64,000 nucleotides of DNA from Spirochaetota bacterium (GTDB lineage: Bacteria > Spirochaetota > UBA4802 > UBA5550): positions 68,852 through 132,851 of the forward strand of contig JALOTL010000005.1 in NCBI GenBank assembly GCA_025457915.1. Reading direction: 5' to 3'. The translations under genes and the position numbers were made by a program. Every line of letters begins with the position of its first letter. Within the stretch, counting starts at the first letter, position 1. The notes beneath the pieces were generated by a model, which saw nothing but the letters and a program-made list of their open reading frames with translations, was not told the origin of the DNA and searched no databases. This document shows positions 20,399 to 29,673 of this stretch, piece after piece.

Positions 20399-21025
20399 AT
20401 GCAGTATGTTAATATATCGATTGTCGATCTGGCTTTGATTTTTATTATTCCCCCGGCTATGATGTTTTTTTTATCAGTGATTTTTATAGCCGCATCCATG
20501 CGGTTTGATAACAGGTTCAGGGACGACCTGGTTTCTTACATGATAAGGACAGGTAAAGGCGCGAATTTCATAAACGGCGCAATAGCCCTGTTCGGCGATA
20601 ACGGGATACAGGCCCTTTCATGCTTCAGACTATCGAACTGGTTTTATAAAAAAGGGATTAATTTCATTGCCGATGTTTTAAGAAAAATCGGAATTTTTAT
20701 TACCGGCATCGATATCGCCCCGAGCGCCGAGATAGGGGGAGGGCTTGAGATATTTCACGGGACCGGCATCGTCATCGGGAGAGAAGTTGTAATCGGCAGA
20801 AACAACTGGATATTCCAGGGCGTTTCAATCGGCTACAGCGGGTCCGGGTGTCCCAGGATCGGCGACAATGTTAAAATGTTTGCCGGCGCCGTACTGGCCG
20901 GGGATATAAAAGTGGGTAGCAACAGCATGATAGGAGCTAATGTTGTTCTCACGAAAAGCGTGCCGGACAATTCCAAGGTGGTTGCGCCAGCTCCGGTAGT
21001 AACGAGGGGTACGGTAAGAAAATGA
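20399..21025 (+). CDS. Serine-acetyltransferase-like (WcaB/EpsC) O-acetyltransferase
   Basis: TGIDIAPSAEIGGGLEIFHGTGIVIG, QGVSIG, PRIGDNV. Confidence 0.85.
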   Translation: MQYVNISIVDLALIFIIPPAMMFFLSVIFIAASMRFDNRFRDDLVSYMIRTGKGANFINGAIALFGDNGIQALSCFRLSNWFYKKGINFIADVLRKIGIFITGIDIAPSAEIGGGLEIFHGTGIVIGREVVIGRNNWIFQGVSIGYSGSGCPRIGDNVKMFAGAVLAGDIKVGSNSMIGANVVLTKSVPDNSKVVAPAPVVTRGTVRK

Positions 21026-21978
21026 AGGGAACATGCGGTCTATGCGACAGCGGGATGAAGAAGTATTTATTCTCTGCATCGGGAAGCGATCTGGTTGAAT
21101 GCCTCAATTGCGGTTTCGTTTTCGTTGAAAAAATTCCAAGCTGGTCCCGGTTGAAGTCAAGGCTTGATTTCTGGGGAAAACAGGACGTATGCGATACGGC
21201 AAGGCTGTCCGATTCATTTTCCAGCGAGTGCTCGGAGGACAACAGGTCAAAACTCGGATACATCGAGAAACATGCCGGGAGAAGGGGGAAACTGCTCGAG
21301 ATAGGTTGTTCCACCGGCGCATTTCTGGGTTTTGCAAGGGACACCGGATGGGACTGTACCGGCATCGAGATTTCAGAGGATTCATCGCGTTATGCAAGGG
21401 AGGAATTGGGTCTTGAAGTGTTGAATTGCGATTTCGATGATGTTGAATTTAAAAAAGAAGAATATTCGGCGCTGGCCGCTTTTGACGTCATAGAACATGT
21501 CGTTGATCCATTGAAGTTCGTAAACAGGGCCAACATGCTCCTCAGGATGGGCGGCGTTCTGGCTCTCAGCACCCCGAATTTTTCAAGCATAACTTACAGG
21601 TTATTGAAGGAAAGATGGTGGGTGGTGAGGTGCCTCGATGAGCATCTGCATTTTTTTACTCCGGGTACCATGAAAAGGATGCTCAGGAAAAGCGGATTCA
21701 GGGTCGTGCGCTGTTATACGCGACAGGTGGATTTATTCAATATAATGTTCACATTGAAGAACAGGAAGGCGGGTGATTATTACCAGGCGAGAGACAGGCG
21801 GCAGAACCTTAAAAAGGTTTCCATATTGAGAATATGTTTCTCGGCCGTGAAAAAGCTGATAAATCTGTCTTTCAGATTGCGGGTGTCGCCGTTTTACAAC
21901 ATGGGTGAGCAGATTGTATGCTACGCGGTTAAAATCGGCGAACCCGAAAAAGCCGCGACCGGCGGAAATGCTCTATGA
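21022..21978 (+). CDS. Class I SAM methyltransferase with N-terminal Zn-binding domain
   Basis: CGLC...CLNCG; LEIGCSTG; DVIEHV; STPN; EHL..F. Confidence 0.85.
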   Translation: MKGTCGLCDSGMKKYLFSASGSDLVECLNCGFVFVEKIPSWSRLKSRLDFWGKQDVCDTARLSDSFSSECSEDNRSKLGYIEKHAGRRGKLLEIGCSTGAFLGFARDTGWDCTGIEISEDSSRYAREELGLEVLNCDFDDVEFKKEEYSALAAFDVIEHVVDPLKFVNRANMLLRMGGVLALSTPNFSSITYRLLKERWWVVRCLDEHLHFFTPGTMKRMLRKSGFRVVRCYTRQVDLFNIMFTLKNRKAGDYYQARDRRQNLKKVSILRICFSAVKKLINLSFRLRVSPFYNMGEQIVCYAVKIGEPEKAATGGNAL

Positions 21979-23057
21979 GGGTTCTTTTTTTAAGCCCGTA
22001 TCCGATCGATGGCCCGTCCACCCGGTACCGTTTGACGCAATTCTTCAGGTATTTGAATTCAAACGGAGTGGAATGCAAACTCAGTCCGTTCATGTCGCGG
22101 GGTTTTTACGCAATACGGCGGAGGTTCGGTTTTCTTGCAACGGCCAGAAAAATTTTTTACTTCTTTTTTTCAACCTTCAGGAGATTTGCCGGGATATTCT
22201 TTCTGTGGAGATACGACGTTCTTTTCATTCACAGGGAGATATTTCCGATCGGTCCCCCGTTTTTTGAAAAAATATATTGCCTGTTGAACCCGAGGATGAT
22301 ACTCGATTTTGACGATGCCATATACTCAAGCCCGACCTCCGGTCTCGACCAGAGATCGATTTTTAAGGATGAAGGCAAGCTCGACAAGGTGGTTGCCATG
22401 TGCAGCCGGGTTATCGTGGGAAACATGTACCTGTATAATTGGGCCGTCAGGTTCAATGATAATGTCCGGATGATTCCCACGACCGTTTATCTGGACGGAT
22501 TAATCATGAAGAAACATGAAAATAAAAAGAAACCTGTGATCGGATGGATCGGGAATCTTGGAAACGCCCATTACGTTCTGTCCCTGGGCGGTGTTTTATC
22601 CGCCCTTTCAGAAAAATACGATTTCGTTTTGAAGCTGGTGGGCGGCGCTGATATTTTTGAAATCAAAATCAAAAACGTGAATATTGAATACAAGCCCTGG
22701 AATATGAAAGATGAAACCGGCGATATTTTGAGTTTTGATATCGGCATAATGCCCCTTTTAAAAACTGAATTTGACATGGGGAAGTGCGGCTTTAAAATAA
22801 TCCAGTATTCATCCATGGGCATCCCGGCGGTTGCATCTGCCGTGGGATGCAATAATGAAATAATTGACAATGAAGAAAACGGCTATCTTGCTGAAACCCC
22901 GGAAGACTGGTACAGGTTTCTGGAAAAGCTGATCACCGGTTTCAAATTCAGGGCGCTGATGGGGGAAAAGGCAAGAACCCGCATAGAAAAAAAATATAAT
23001 GCAGCGTCAGCCGAAAAGGATTTATTAAAAATAATAAAGGAAGTGGCGGAGATATGA
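21975..23057 (+). CDS. GT4 glycosyltransferase
   Basis: STRYR, DFDDAIY, GWIG, DIGIMPL, KCGFKIIQY..MGIP.VAS.VG. Confidence 0.88.
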   Translation: MRVLFLSPYPIDGPSTRYRLTQFFRYLNSNGVECKLSPFMSRGFYAIRRRFGFLATARKIFYFFFSTFRRFAGIFFLWRYDVLFIHREIFPIGPPFFEKIYCLLNPRMILDFDDAIYSSPTSGLDQRSIFKDEGKLDKVVAMCSRVIVGNMYLYNWAVRFNDNVRMIPTTVYLDGLIMKKHENKKKPVIGWIGNLGNAHYVLSLGGVLSALSEKYDFVLKLVGGADIFEIKIKNVNIEYKPWNMKDETGDILSFDIGIMPLLKTEFDMGKCGFKIIQYSSMGIPAVASAVGCNNEIIDNEENGYLAETPEDWYRFLEKLITGFKFRALMGEKARTRIEKKYNAASAEKDLLKIIKEVAEI

Positions 23058-24619
23058 AGCTTGGACATGTTTTTTATTTACTGGTTCTGGTTCAATTCGG
23101 ATTTCAGTTGAGCGGCTGCACCGAGTGCAGCGGGGCGACCCAGCCGAAAACCGGCATCATGATCAAGGTTGACGCAAAAAGCGTTTCACACACGGTAAGT
23201 CCGATGATTTTCGGAACGAATCTGCAGTGGGAAAAGGACGGGGACGGCATAATAAAGAAAGTGCACGATGACGGGAATACCGTGGAATACAACAGTGAAG
23301 TCATGGAGCGCATGAAAGACCTTCGGGTAGCCATGCTCAGGTTTCCCGGCGGAAGCCTCGCTGATAAATACGTCTGGGAACACGGCATCGGCGGTTTGAA
23401 TAAGCGCGGCATGAATCCGGGTTTTGATGATAAGATGATGAAATCCAACCTTGGCCTGGATGAATTCGTTACAATCTGCAGGACAATGAAATATGAACCC
23501 ATGTATACGGTGAATTTCAACACGAAACCTGATAACGCCAGGGATCTGGTCGAATACTGCAATTCAACAAACACCAAAAAGGCCTCGCTGAGAAAAGAAA
23601 ACGGATATAAAAAACCTCACGGTATCAGGTACTGGGAAATTGGTAATGAAATTTATTCAACCCTTGAGAAGGGGCATACCACTCCGGAGGAGTATTCGAG
23701 GAAATACATTGAATTCTACAAGAAAATGAAGCAGGCGGACCCGAAAATCCTTGTCGGTGCGATTTATGAGGTAACATTCCAGAAGGCGCCGTGGGTAAAG
23801 AATTCGCAATACGCTTATCTCCTGAAATGGAATGAGGCTGTCGCCTCCAGGATATCGAAATATACAGATTTCGCATCCATACACTTTTATTGTCCGTTCG
23901 ACTATAAGTTCAGTGAAAGCGATCTGAACGATATAATAATGGCTTCGCCGAAGATGTTCATAGAGGCATGCGTTGACCTCAATAGAATGCTTGATAAAAA
24001 AACAAAGCTTTTCGTCACCGAATATAATATTTTTTTCACACCCTCCCAGTTTAAAAAGGTGTCCTCGGCAGGGGGGGCCATGTTCATCGGTTCGATGCTC
24101 ATGGAATTTGCAAAGAACAACATCGGGGGCGCCTGTCAATGGTCGCTGCTGAACAATACGTATTTCGGAATGATAAGGTCCGACAAATCCATCATCCTCA
24201 GGCCCTCATACCATGTTTTTAAAATGCTGAGGAACCACTGCGGAAAATATGTCGTTAAATCCGAAAGCAATTCCCCGACCTTCAACTGCAAGGCTTTCGG
24301 CAACATGCCGGAAAAAAACAATGTTCCGCTTGTTGAAACCCTCGCCACGATGGACGAAAATAAAAAAATACTGTATGTCGTCGTCCAGAATAAAAGCCTT
24401 GAAAGATCATTTGACGCAAAAATCAGCATTAACAATGCCGGATTCAAGGATGACGTGAATGTCGCGGAGGTTTCATCAAGGGAAATATTCGATGACAATG
24501 AAGATGGGGTCAAGATAACACCAAGGAATTTTAAAATTAAGGCGAATAAAACTATTGATTTCGTATCGAAGCCGTGTTCCATAACGGCATTTAAGATTAA
24601 TCTTGCTTCCGCCAGATAA
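23054..24619 (+). CDS. Clan GH-A glycoside hydrolase (GH51/arabinofuranosidase-like), lipoprotein
   Basis: LSG-C lipobox, LRFPGGS, YWEIGNE (acid/base), VTEYN (nucleophile), C-terminal beta-sandwich. Confidence 0.8.
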   Translation: MKLGHVFYLLVLVQFGFQLSGCTECSGATQPKTGIMIKVDAKSVSHTVSPMIFGTNLQWEKDGDGIIKKVHDDGNTVEYNSEVMERMKDLRVAMLRFPGGSLADKYVWEHGIGGLNKRGMNPGFDDKMMKSNLGLDEFVTICRTMKYEPMYTVNFNTKPDNARDLVEYCNSTNTKKASLRKENGYKKPHGIRYWEIGNEIYSTLEKGHTTPEEYSRKYIEFYKKMKQADPKILVGAIYEVTFQKAPWVKNSQYAYLLKWNEAVASRISKYTDFASIHFYCPFDYKFSESDLNDIIMASPKMFIEACVDLNRMLDKKTKLFVTEYNIFFTPSQFKKVSSAGGAMFIGSMLMEFAKNNIGGACQWSLLNNTYFGMIRSDKSIILRPSYHVFKMLRNHCGKYVVKSESNSPTFNCKAFGNMPEKNNVPLVETLATMDENKKILYVVVQNKSLERSFDAKISINNAGFKDDVNVAEVSSREIFDDNEDGVKITPRNFKIKANKTIDFVSKPCSITAFKINLASAR

Positions 24620-24660
24620 ATCTGTATTCAGGGTTTTATTGTACAATAACAGGGGAAAAA

Positions 24661-25803
24661 ATGAGGATAGCAATACCGGTAAACAAGGCTCATACGAAAA
24701 TGGGGAGCGGGGATTATACTTCGTTTTATTATATACTGAAATACCTGTCGGAAAAGGACAAGCTTAACGAATACAGGATTTATTTCAACGACGATCCGTC
24801 TGAATTCAGGGAATTTGAAAGGAGCGGGTTTGAATATGTCAGCCTTTATAAGAAGGGCTTTATCCGTGACAGGTTGTTCAATAGATACGAGGTCTGGCAG
24901 AATACTACACTGCGCGCAAAGATAAGAAAAGATTCCCCGGACGTGTCGTTTTTCATCGATGCCAAAATGCCTGTCAGATTGAAGAACCCGTCGGTTGCCA
25001 GGATCCAGGACCTGGCATTTTTCAATTTCCCGGACCATTTCAAGCCGAAGGACAACTTCAGGCTCAGGCATAATCTCAAAAACTGCGTGGAACACGCGCA
25101 CGTTCTCATCGCGATTTCCCACAACACAAAAAAGGACATTCTTGAAAGATTTAATATCCCAGAATCAAAAATCCATGTTGTTGAAAACGGCAAGTCGCCT
25201 ATTTTCGTTAAGATAAAAGACCGCGGAAGAATAAAAAAGACGTTAAATAAATACGGGATCCCGGATAAATACATCCTGCACGTAGGGGTGCTTCAAAAAA
25301 GAAAAAACATTCCGAATCTGATCAGGGCTTTTTTTGAGCTGAAAAACAAACGCGATATCGATCATAAACTGGTTCTTGTGGGGTCCAGGGGATGGCTGTA
25401 TTCAGACATATTCGATATTACTGATAAATATGATCCTGAAAGAAAAAATGTTATATTCCTGGATTTCGTGTCGGAGGATGAACTTGTTCATATATACAAT
25501 GGAGCGGATGTTTTCGCATTCCCTTCATTATATGAAGGGTTCGGCATACCGATCATTGAGGCCATGGCGTGCGGGACACCCGTTGTTTCTTCATCGGCTT
25601 CCTGCATGCCGGAGGTCGGCCGTGATGCGGCGATTTATTTCGACCCCTGCGATGTTGATGATATGGCGGATAAAATATATTCAGTCATTTCCGACAAAAA
25701 CCTGAAGAAAAACCACATCGAGAAGGGTTTAAAAAGATCCATGGCCTATGACTGGGGTAAAACGGCTTCAGGAATCATTGACGTGATAAAAAAATCGTTT
25801 TGA
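24661..25803 (+). CDS. GT4 glycosyltransferase (mannosyltransferase-like)
   Basis: RKNI, FPSLYEGFGIPIIEAMACGTPV. Confidence 0.92.
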   Translation: MRIAIPVNKAHTKMGSGDYTSFYYILKYLSEKDKLNEYRIYFNDDPSEFREFERSGFEYVSLYKKGFIRDRLFNRYEVWQNTTLRAKIRKDSPDVSFFIDAKMPVRLKNPSVARIQDLAFFNFPDHFKPKDNFRLRHNLKNCVEHAHVLIAISHNTKKDILERFNIPESKIHVVENGKSPIFVKIKDRGRIKKTLNKYGIPDKYILHVGVLQKRKNIPNLIRAFFELKNKRDIDHKLVLVGSRGWLYSDIFDITDKYDPERKNVIFLDFVSEDELVHIYNGADVFAFPSLYEGFGIPIIEAMACGTPVVSSSASCMPEVGRDAAIYFDPCDVDDMADKIYSVISDKNLKKNHIEKGLKRSMAYDWGKTASGIIDVIKKSF

Positions 25804-25817
25804 AAAAGTGGGGCAAA

Positions 25818-26915
25818 ATGAAAGTCGCAATTCTTGGAACGAGAGGGATCCCCGCTAATTACGGCGGTTTTGAAACATTTGCCGAGGAATTGGGCACGCG
25901 TCTCGTGAAGAAGGGATTCGATGTTTCAATATATTGTCGGAGGGATGACGGGAAATCCCCTGATGAATTCTACAAAGGTGTCAGGCTGATTGTTTTGCCG
26001 ACCATCAAACATAAGTATTTCGATACAATAGCCCATACCTTTATATCCGCGCTGCATGTTTCCTTTACCAGGACTGATATTGTATATTTCTGCAACGCGA
26101 TAAACAGCATATTTATGATATTCCCGAGGCTGTTCGGGAAAAAAGTAGTCATGAATGTCGACGGCCTGGAGTGGAAAAGGGCGAAGTGGAACAGGCTCGG
26201 CAAATGGGCTTACCGCGTTTCGGAGAGGATCGCAACGATATTTGCGAATGAAATCGTTTCTGATTCAAGGGGCATACAGGCTTATTATAAGGAAAAATTC
26301 AATGCCGAGACCAATTTTATAACATATGGCGCGAGGAGGGCCGCGGTTTCCAGGTCCGGAGGTTATTTAAAAAAATTCGGTTTAAAAAAACGCAAATACA
26401 TATTATACGTAAGCAGGCTGGAGCCGGAGAACAATGCCCATGTCGTGATAAAAGCGTATGAAAAGGTCAAAACCGATATGCCGCTGGTGATTGTCGGGGA
26501 TGCTCCTTACGGAAAACCTTACATCGAACAGCTCAGATCGACGAAGGATTCAAGGATAAAATTCCTCGGGAGCATTTACGGCGAGGGTTACAGGGCCCTT
26601 CAGAGCAATGCTTTCTGCTATATACACGGCAACGAGGTTGGCGGAACAAATCCCGCGCTGCTCGAGGCGATGGCTTATGGAAATTGTGTTATAGTGAACG
26701 GGGTGCCGTTCAACAGGGAGGTTGTAGGGGATTGCGGTTTATGGTTTAAGCCCGGAGACCCGTCTGATTTAAAGAGAAAAATCGAACACCTTTTTAAGAA
26801 ATCGCGTGAAGTCGCGCGGTTCAGAAAGATGGCGCCGGAAAGAATTAAGAAGCATTACAACTGGGATGATATAGTTGAAAAATATATAATTTTTTTCCGG
26901 GCAATTATAAAATAA
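25818..26915 (+). CDS. GT4 glycosyltransferase with DUF1972-type N-terminus (rhamnosyltransferase-like)
   Basis: GTRGIPANYGGFETFAEEL, NVDGLEWKR.KW, RLEPENN, GGTNPALLEAM. Confidence 0.9.
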   Translation: MKVAILGTRGIPANYGGFETFAEELGTRLVKKGFDVSIYCRRDDGKSPDEFYKGVRLIVLPTIKHKYFDTIAHTFISALHVSFTRTDIVYFCNAINSIFMIFPRLFGKKVVMNVDGLEWKRAKWNRLGKWAYRVSERIATIFANEIVSDSRGIQAYYKEKFNAETNFITYGARRAAVSRSGGYLKKFGLKKRKYILYVSRLEPENNAHVVIKAYEKVKTDMPLVIVGDAPYGKPYIEQLRSTKDSRIKFLGSIYGEGYRALQSNAFCYIHGNEVGGTNPALLEAMAYGNCVIVNGVPFNREVVGDCGLWFKPGDPSDLKRKIEHLFKKSREVARFRKMAPERIKKHYNWDDIVEKYIIFFRAIIK

Positions 26916-26990
26916 ATCAGTAATCCGGGATATCGCACTGTTTCCCGAATATTTTCAATAATGGTGATAAATCTGAAATTTGATGCTTTA

Positions 26991-28241
26991 TTATAATGAA
27001 AGAGAATCTTCGATTTCCAGGAAGCATTTGATTCCATTGCCTTCCAGCATTTTTACGGCCGTTTTCAGCCTTTCCATGATGACGCTTTCCTCGATTTTGC
27101 CGTCCATTTTTGACGCGACCGTGTCTTCTCCATCATAGTAAGGATACAGGGTCACTTCGTCCAGGTTTATTTTAGAAAGCCATTCCACCGTAAGATGAAA
27201 ATCCTCCTCGGTTTCATTCGGGAATCCTACTATAACATGGGTAAAAAGCGTTATATTCTCATTTGCTTTTTTTATCCGGTCAAATACCTCCGCGATTTCT
27301 TCTATGGAATGATGACGGTTCATTAGTTTTAAAATTTTATTGCTACCGGATTGTATGGGGCACAGTATTTTTTTTATTTTGCCTTCCTTGATCCTTTTAA
27401 GAATTTCGGACTGGTGTTTTATTGCCCATCTCGGATGCAGTTCCTGTATTTCCCAGATAACTTCGCGGTTTTTATCCGCCCTGGAAAGGTCGGCGAGCAG
27501 ACGCGAGAAATCAGTTTCGATATCCAGTCCGTATGCGCCGACGTTGTCTGCCAGTATAAGAATGTTCCTGTAGCCGGCATCGATTAATTTTTTATATTCC
27601 TCAATGCATTGTTCCGGCGGCTTGCTTCTTAATTTGCCGACGGCCCGGTAAATGCAGCAGTAAGAGCATCTGTCAACACAGCCGTTGGCGATCCTCAGCA
27701 GGGCCTGGGAGGGGGCGGGGGCTTTTGATTTGTTTTTAAAGGAATCGATCAGCATGGATGTCCTGTTTTTGAAGAAAAAAACGATTCTCCTTGCAAATTT
27801 TTTCGATAATTCAAATTTATTTATCACTCTTCGGATGAATGGATATGGAGACCGGTTATAATTCGGCGGAAAGAAATTCGCGTCCGGCACATCCGCAAAT
27901 TTTATTTTAAACTCGGTGAAATACCCGTCTATCTCATGGAGATTTTTAGTTGAAACGAATTTTCCCGTGAATCTCTGGTTGAATTTTTCAGGGACGATCT
28001 CCGGAAGGCAGTCGACAATAATAAGCTCCCCTTTATACCTTGAGAGATCCTCGATGTGAGCGAAGCATTCTTCCTCCTTGCTTTTTTTAAAAGCGCAGGT
28101 CGAGAAGATAATGTAATCGGCCATTTTCAGGTCATCGATTATCCTGTGGCCATTTACTTCAAAATACCTCATCAGGCGGGAAACATCAAGGCCCCTTCTG
28201 GCGCAGCCATTGGTGAAAATAAAGACGTTCAAAGCGTTCAT
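26991..28241 (-). CDS. MiaB/RimO-like radical SAM methylthiotransferase lacking a TRAM domain
   Basis: UPF0004 cysteines (NGC, STC, VDC), GCVDRCSYC, PIQSGS..IL..MNR, IVGFPNETEEDF. Confidence 0.8.
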   Translation of the reverse strand: MNALNVFIFTNGCARRGLDVSRLMRYFEVNGHRIIDDLKMADYIIFSTCAFKKSKEEECFAHIEDLSRYKGELIIVDCLPEIVPEKFNQRFTGKFVSTKNLHEIDGYFTEFKIKFADVPDANFFPPNYNRSPYPFIRRVINKFELSKKFARRIVFFFKNRTSMLIDSFKNKSKAPAPSQALLRIANGCVDRCSYCCIYRAVGKLRSKPPEQCIEEYKKLIDAGYRNILILADNVGAYGLDIETDFSRLLADLSRADKNREVIWEIQELHPRWAIKHQSEILKRIKEGKIKKILCPIQSGSNKILKLMNRHHSIEEIAEVFDRIKKANENITLFTHVIVGFPNETEEDFHLTVEWLSKINLDEVTLYPYYDGEDTVASKMDGKIEESVIMERLKTAVKMLEGNGIKCFLEIEDSLSL

Positions 28242-28251
28242 CTTTTAATCC

Positions 28252-29046
28252 TCATTTCTTAAATAATAAAATTTCATCGGTTCTCAACGGGGAAAAAAAT
28301 CTCAGGTAGGGCACGAGGCTGTTCCGCACCACGTTTCCGATGCTCCCCATTTTTGTAAGGGTCAATGATATAAAATTAGTGGGCTGATTTTCTGGCATTA
28401 TCCGCTTGATCTCGTTCAGGAAAATTTTTTTGAACATCGTCCATGTCCAGTCGCTGACCAGGGTCATGCCGTTTTTGTGGAAGTATTCTATCCAGAATTT
28501 TCTCGGCCTGACATTCACGTGGGTTTTGTCGGCGGTCGCGCTTCTGCTGTCCGGAGTCGGTACAACGACCAGCGCATAGCCGTCATTTTTCAATACCCGC
28601 TGTATCTCTTCGACGGCGGACTTAAAACTGTAGAGATGTTCTAGCACGCCAATGACCGTAACGAAATCGAAGTAGCCGCTGTCAAAGGGAAGTGTCTGGT
28701 TTTCTATGTCTACTATCCGGAGTTTATTCTTTATTTTTTGACATGCCTGTGAAACCGCGTATTCGCTTATATCTATGCCGTAGGCATCGATTCCGAGTCT
28801 GTCGAAGATTTCAACAAGGTAGCCCTTTGCGCATCCGATATCCAGTTCATTGGACGGATTTAGTACCTGGTGAATGGTATTTCCTATCGAGTTCAAATAC
28901 TTGGAGGTATTGTCGAGATTATAGATCCTGTTGTTGACAAGACCCGCCCCCTGCTCGAAATACCCTTCATCAAATAGCATTTTACGTTCGTTCATAACGG
29001 CCCGGATTGTTGATATTAATAGTGTAGCTTGAATTTTTTTTGCCAT
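28252..29046 (-). CDS. Class I SAM methyltransferase
   Basis: LDIGCAKGY, YGIDISEYA, VLEHL, DKTHVN. Confidence 0.85.
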   Translation of the reverse strand: MAKKIQATLLISTIRAVMNERKMLFDEGYFEQGAGLVNNRIYNLDNTSKYLNSIGNTIHQVLNPSNELDIGCAKGYLVEIFDRLGIDAYGIDISEYAVSQACQKIKNKLRIVDIENQTLPFDSGYFDFVTVIGVLEHLYSFKSAVEEIQRVLKNDGYALVVVPTPDSRSATADKTHVNVRPRKFWIEYFHKNGMTLVSDWTWTMFKKIFLNEIKRIMPENQPTNFISLTLTKMGSIGNVVRNSLVPYLRFFSPLRTDEILLFKK

Positions 29047-29450
29047 ATAGTAGTAACTGTATTTTTTTGTGCAAGAACAAACTTATTTTCAGTCAATTTT
29101 TAATATGATAATTTTTAAAACAGTTATATTGTGCGTTCGGCAGGCAGCAGGTTGTGGAAAATCATTTTTTATCTTTTATGCATTAAGCCGGACAAGAAAA
29201 GGGACCCGTGGGCGATCGGGGGCGGAACTGTTCAATACAAATAAAAAACTTTACCAGCAGTGAATTAATGAAATATGTACTTACTGAACGGGCCCGCTCA
29301 AAGTCTGTTTTTCATGGAACATGTCTTAATTTTTTAAAGTCAGCTGGATTTGAAAAATCGTCAGATAGGATTTAAAGGTAATGGATTTGATCGCCGGTGC
29401 ATTATTTGGACAACAGGATTTTAGTGATTACTCGTAAGAATTTATATTAT

Positions 29451-29673
29451 GGGCACCTCAATGAACTAGATTTTTCATTATAAAGCCGCAGAAAAAATCT
29501 GATGGGTGATCATAACAACTACCGTTTTTGTGCCTATCATAGGGCGATAGTATTGAAAAAACCAGCTTGTTTGTTAGTATTAAAATAAAAAAGCTGGTTT
29601 TTTTTAACCGCCCTGATTTATACATTGAAAGTGCCGACAAGGGAACGTCCTGATTTGATTATTAGAGGTTCCC
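29451..29673. mobile_element. MITE-like element, copy 2, with a nested 110-bp insertion (29504-29613)
   Basis: Ends GGGCACCTC / GAGGTTCCC, TTAT on both flanks; last 56 bp match copy 1 at 50/56; insertion flanked by TGAT direct repeats. Confidence 0.65.
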
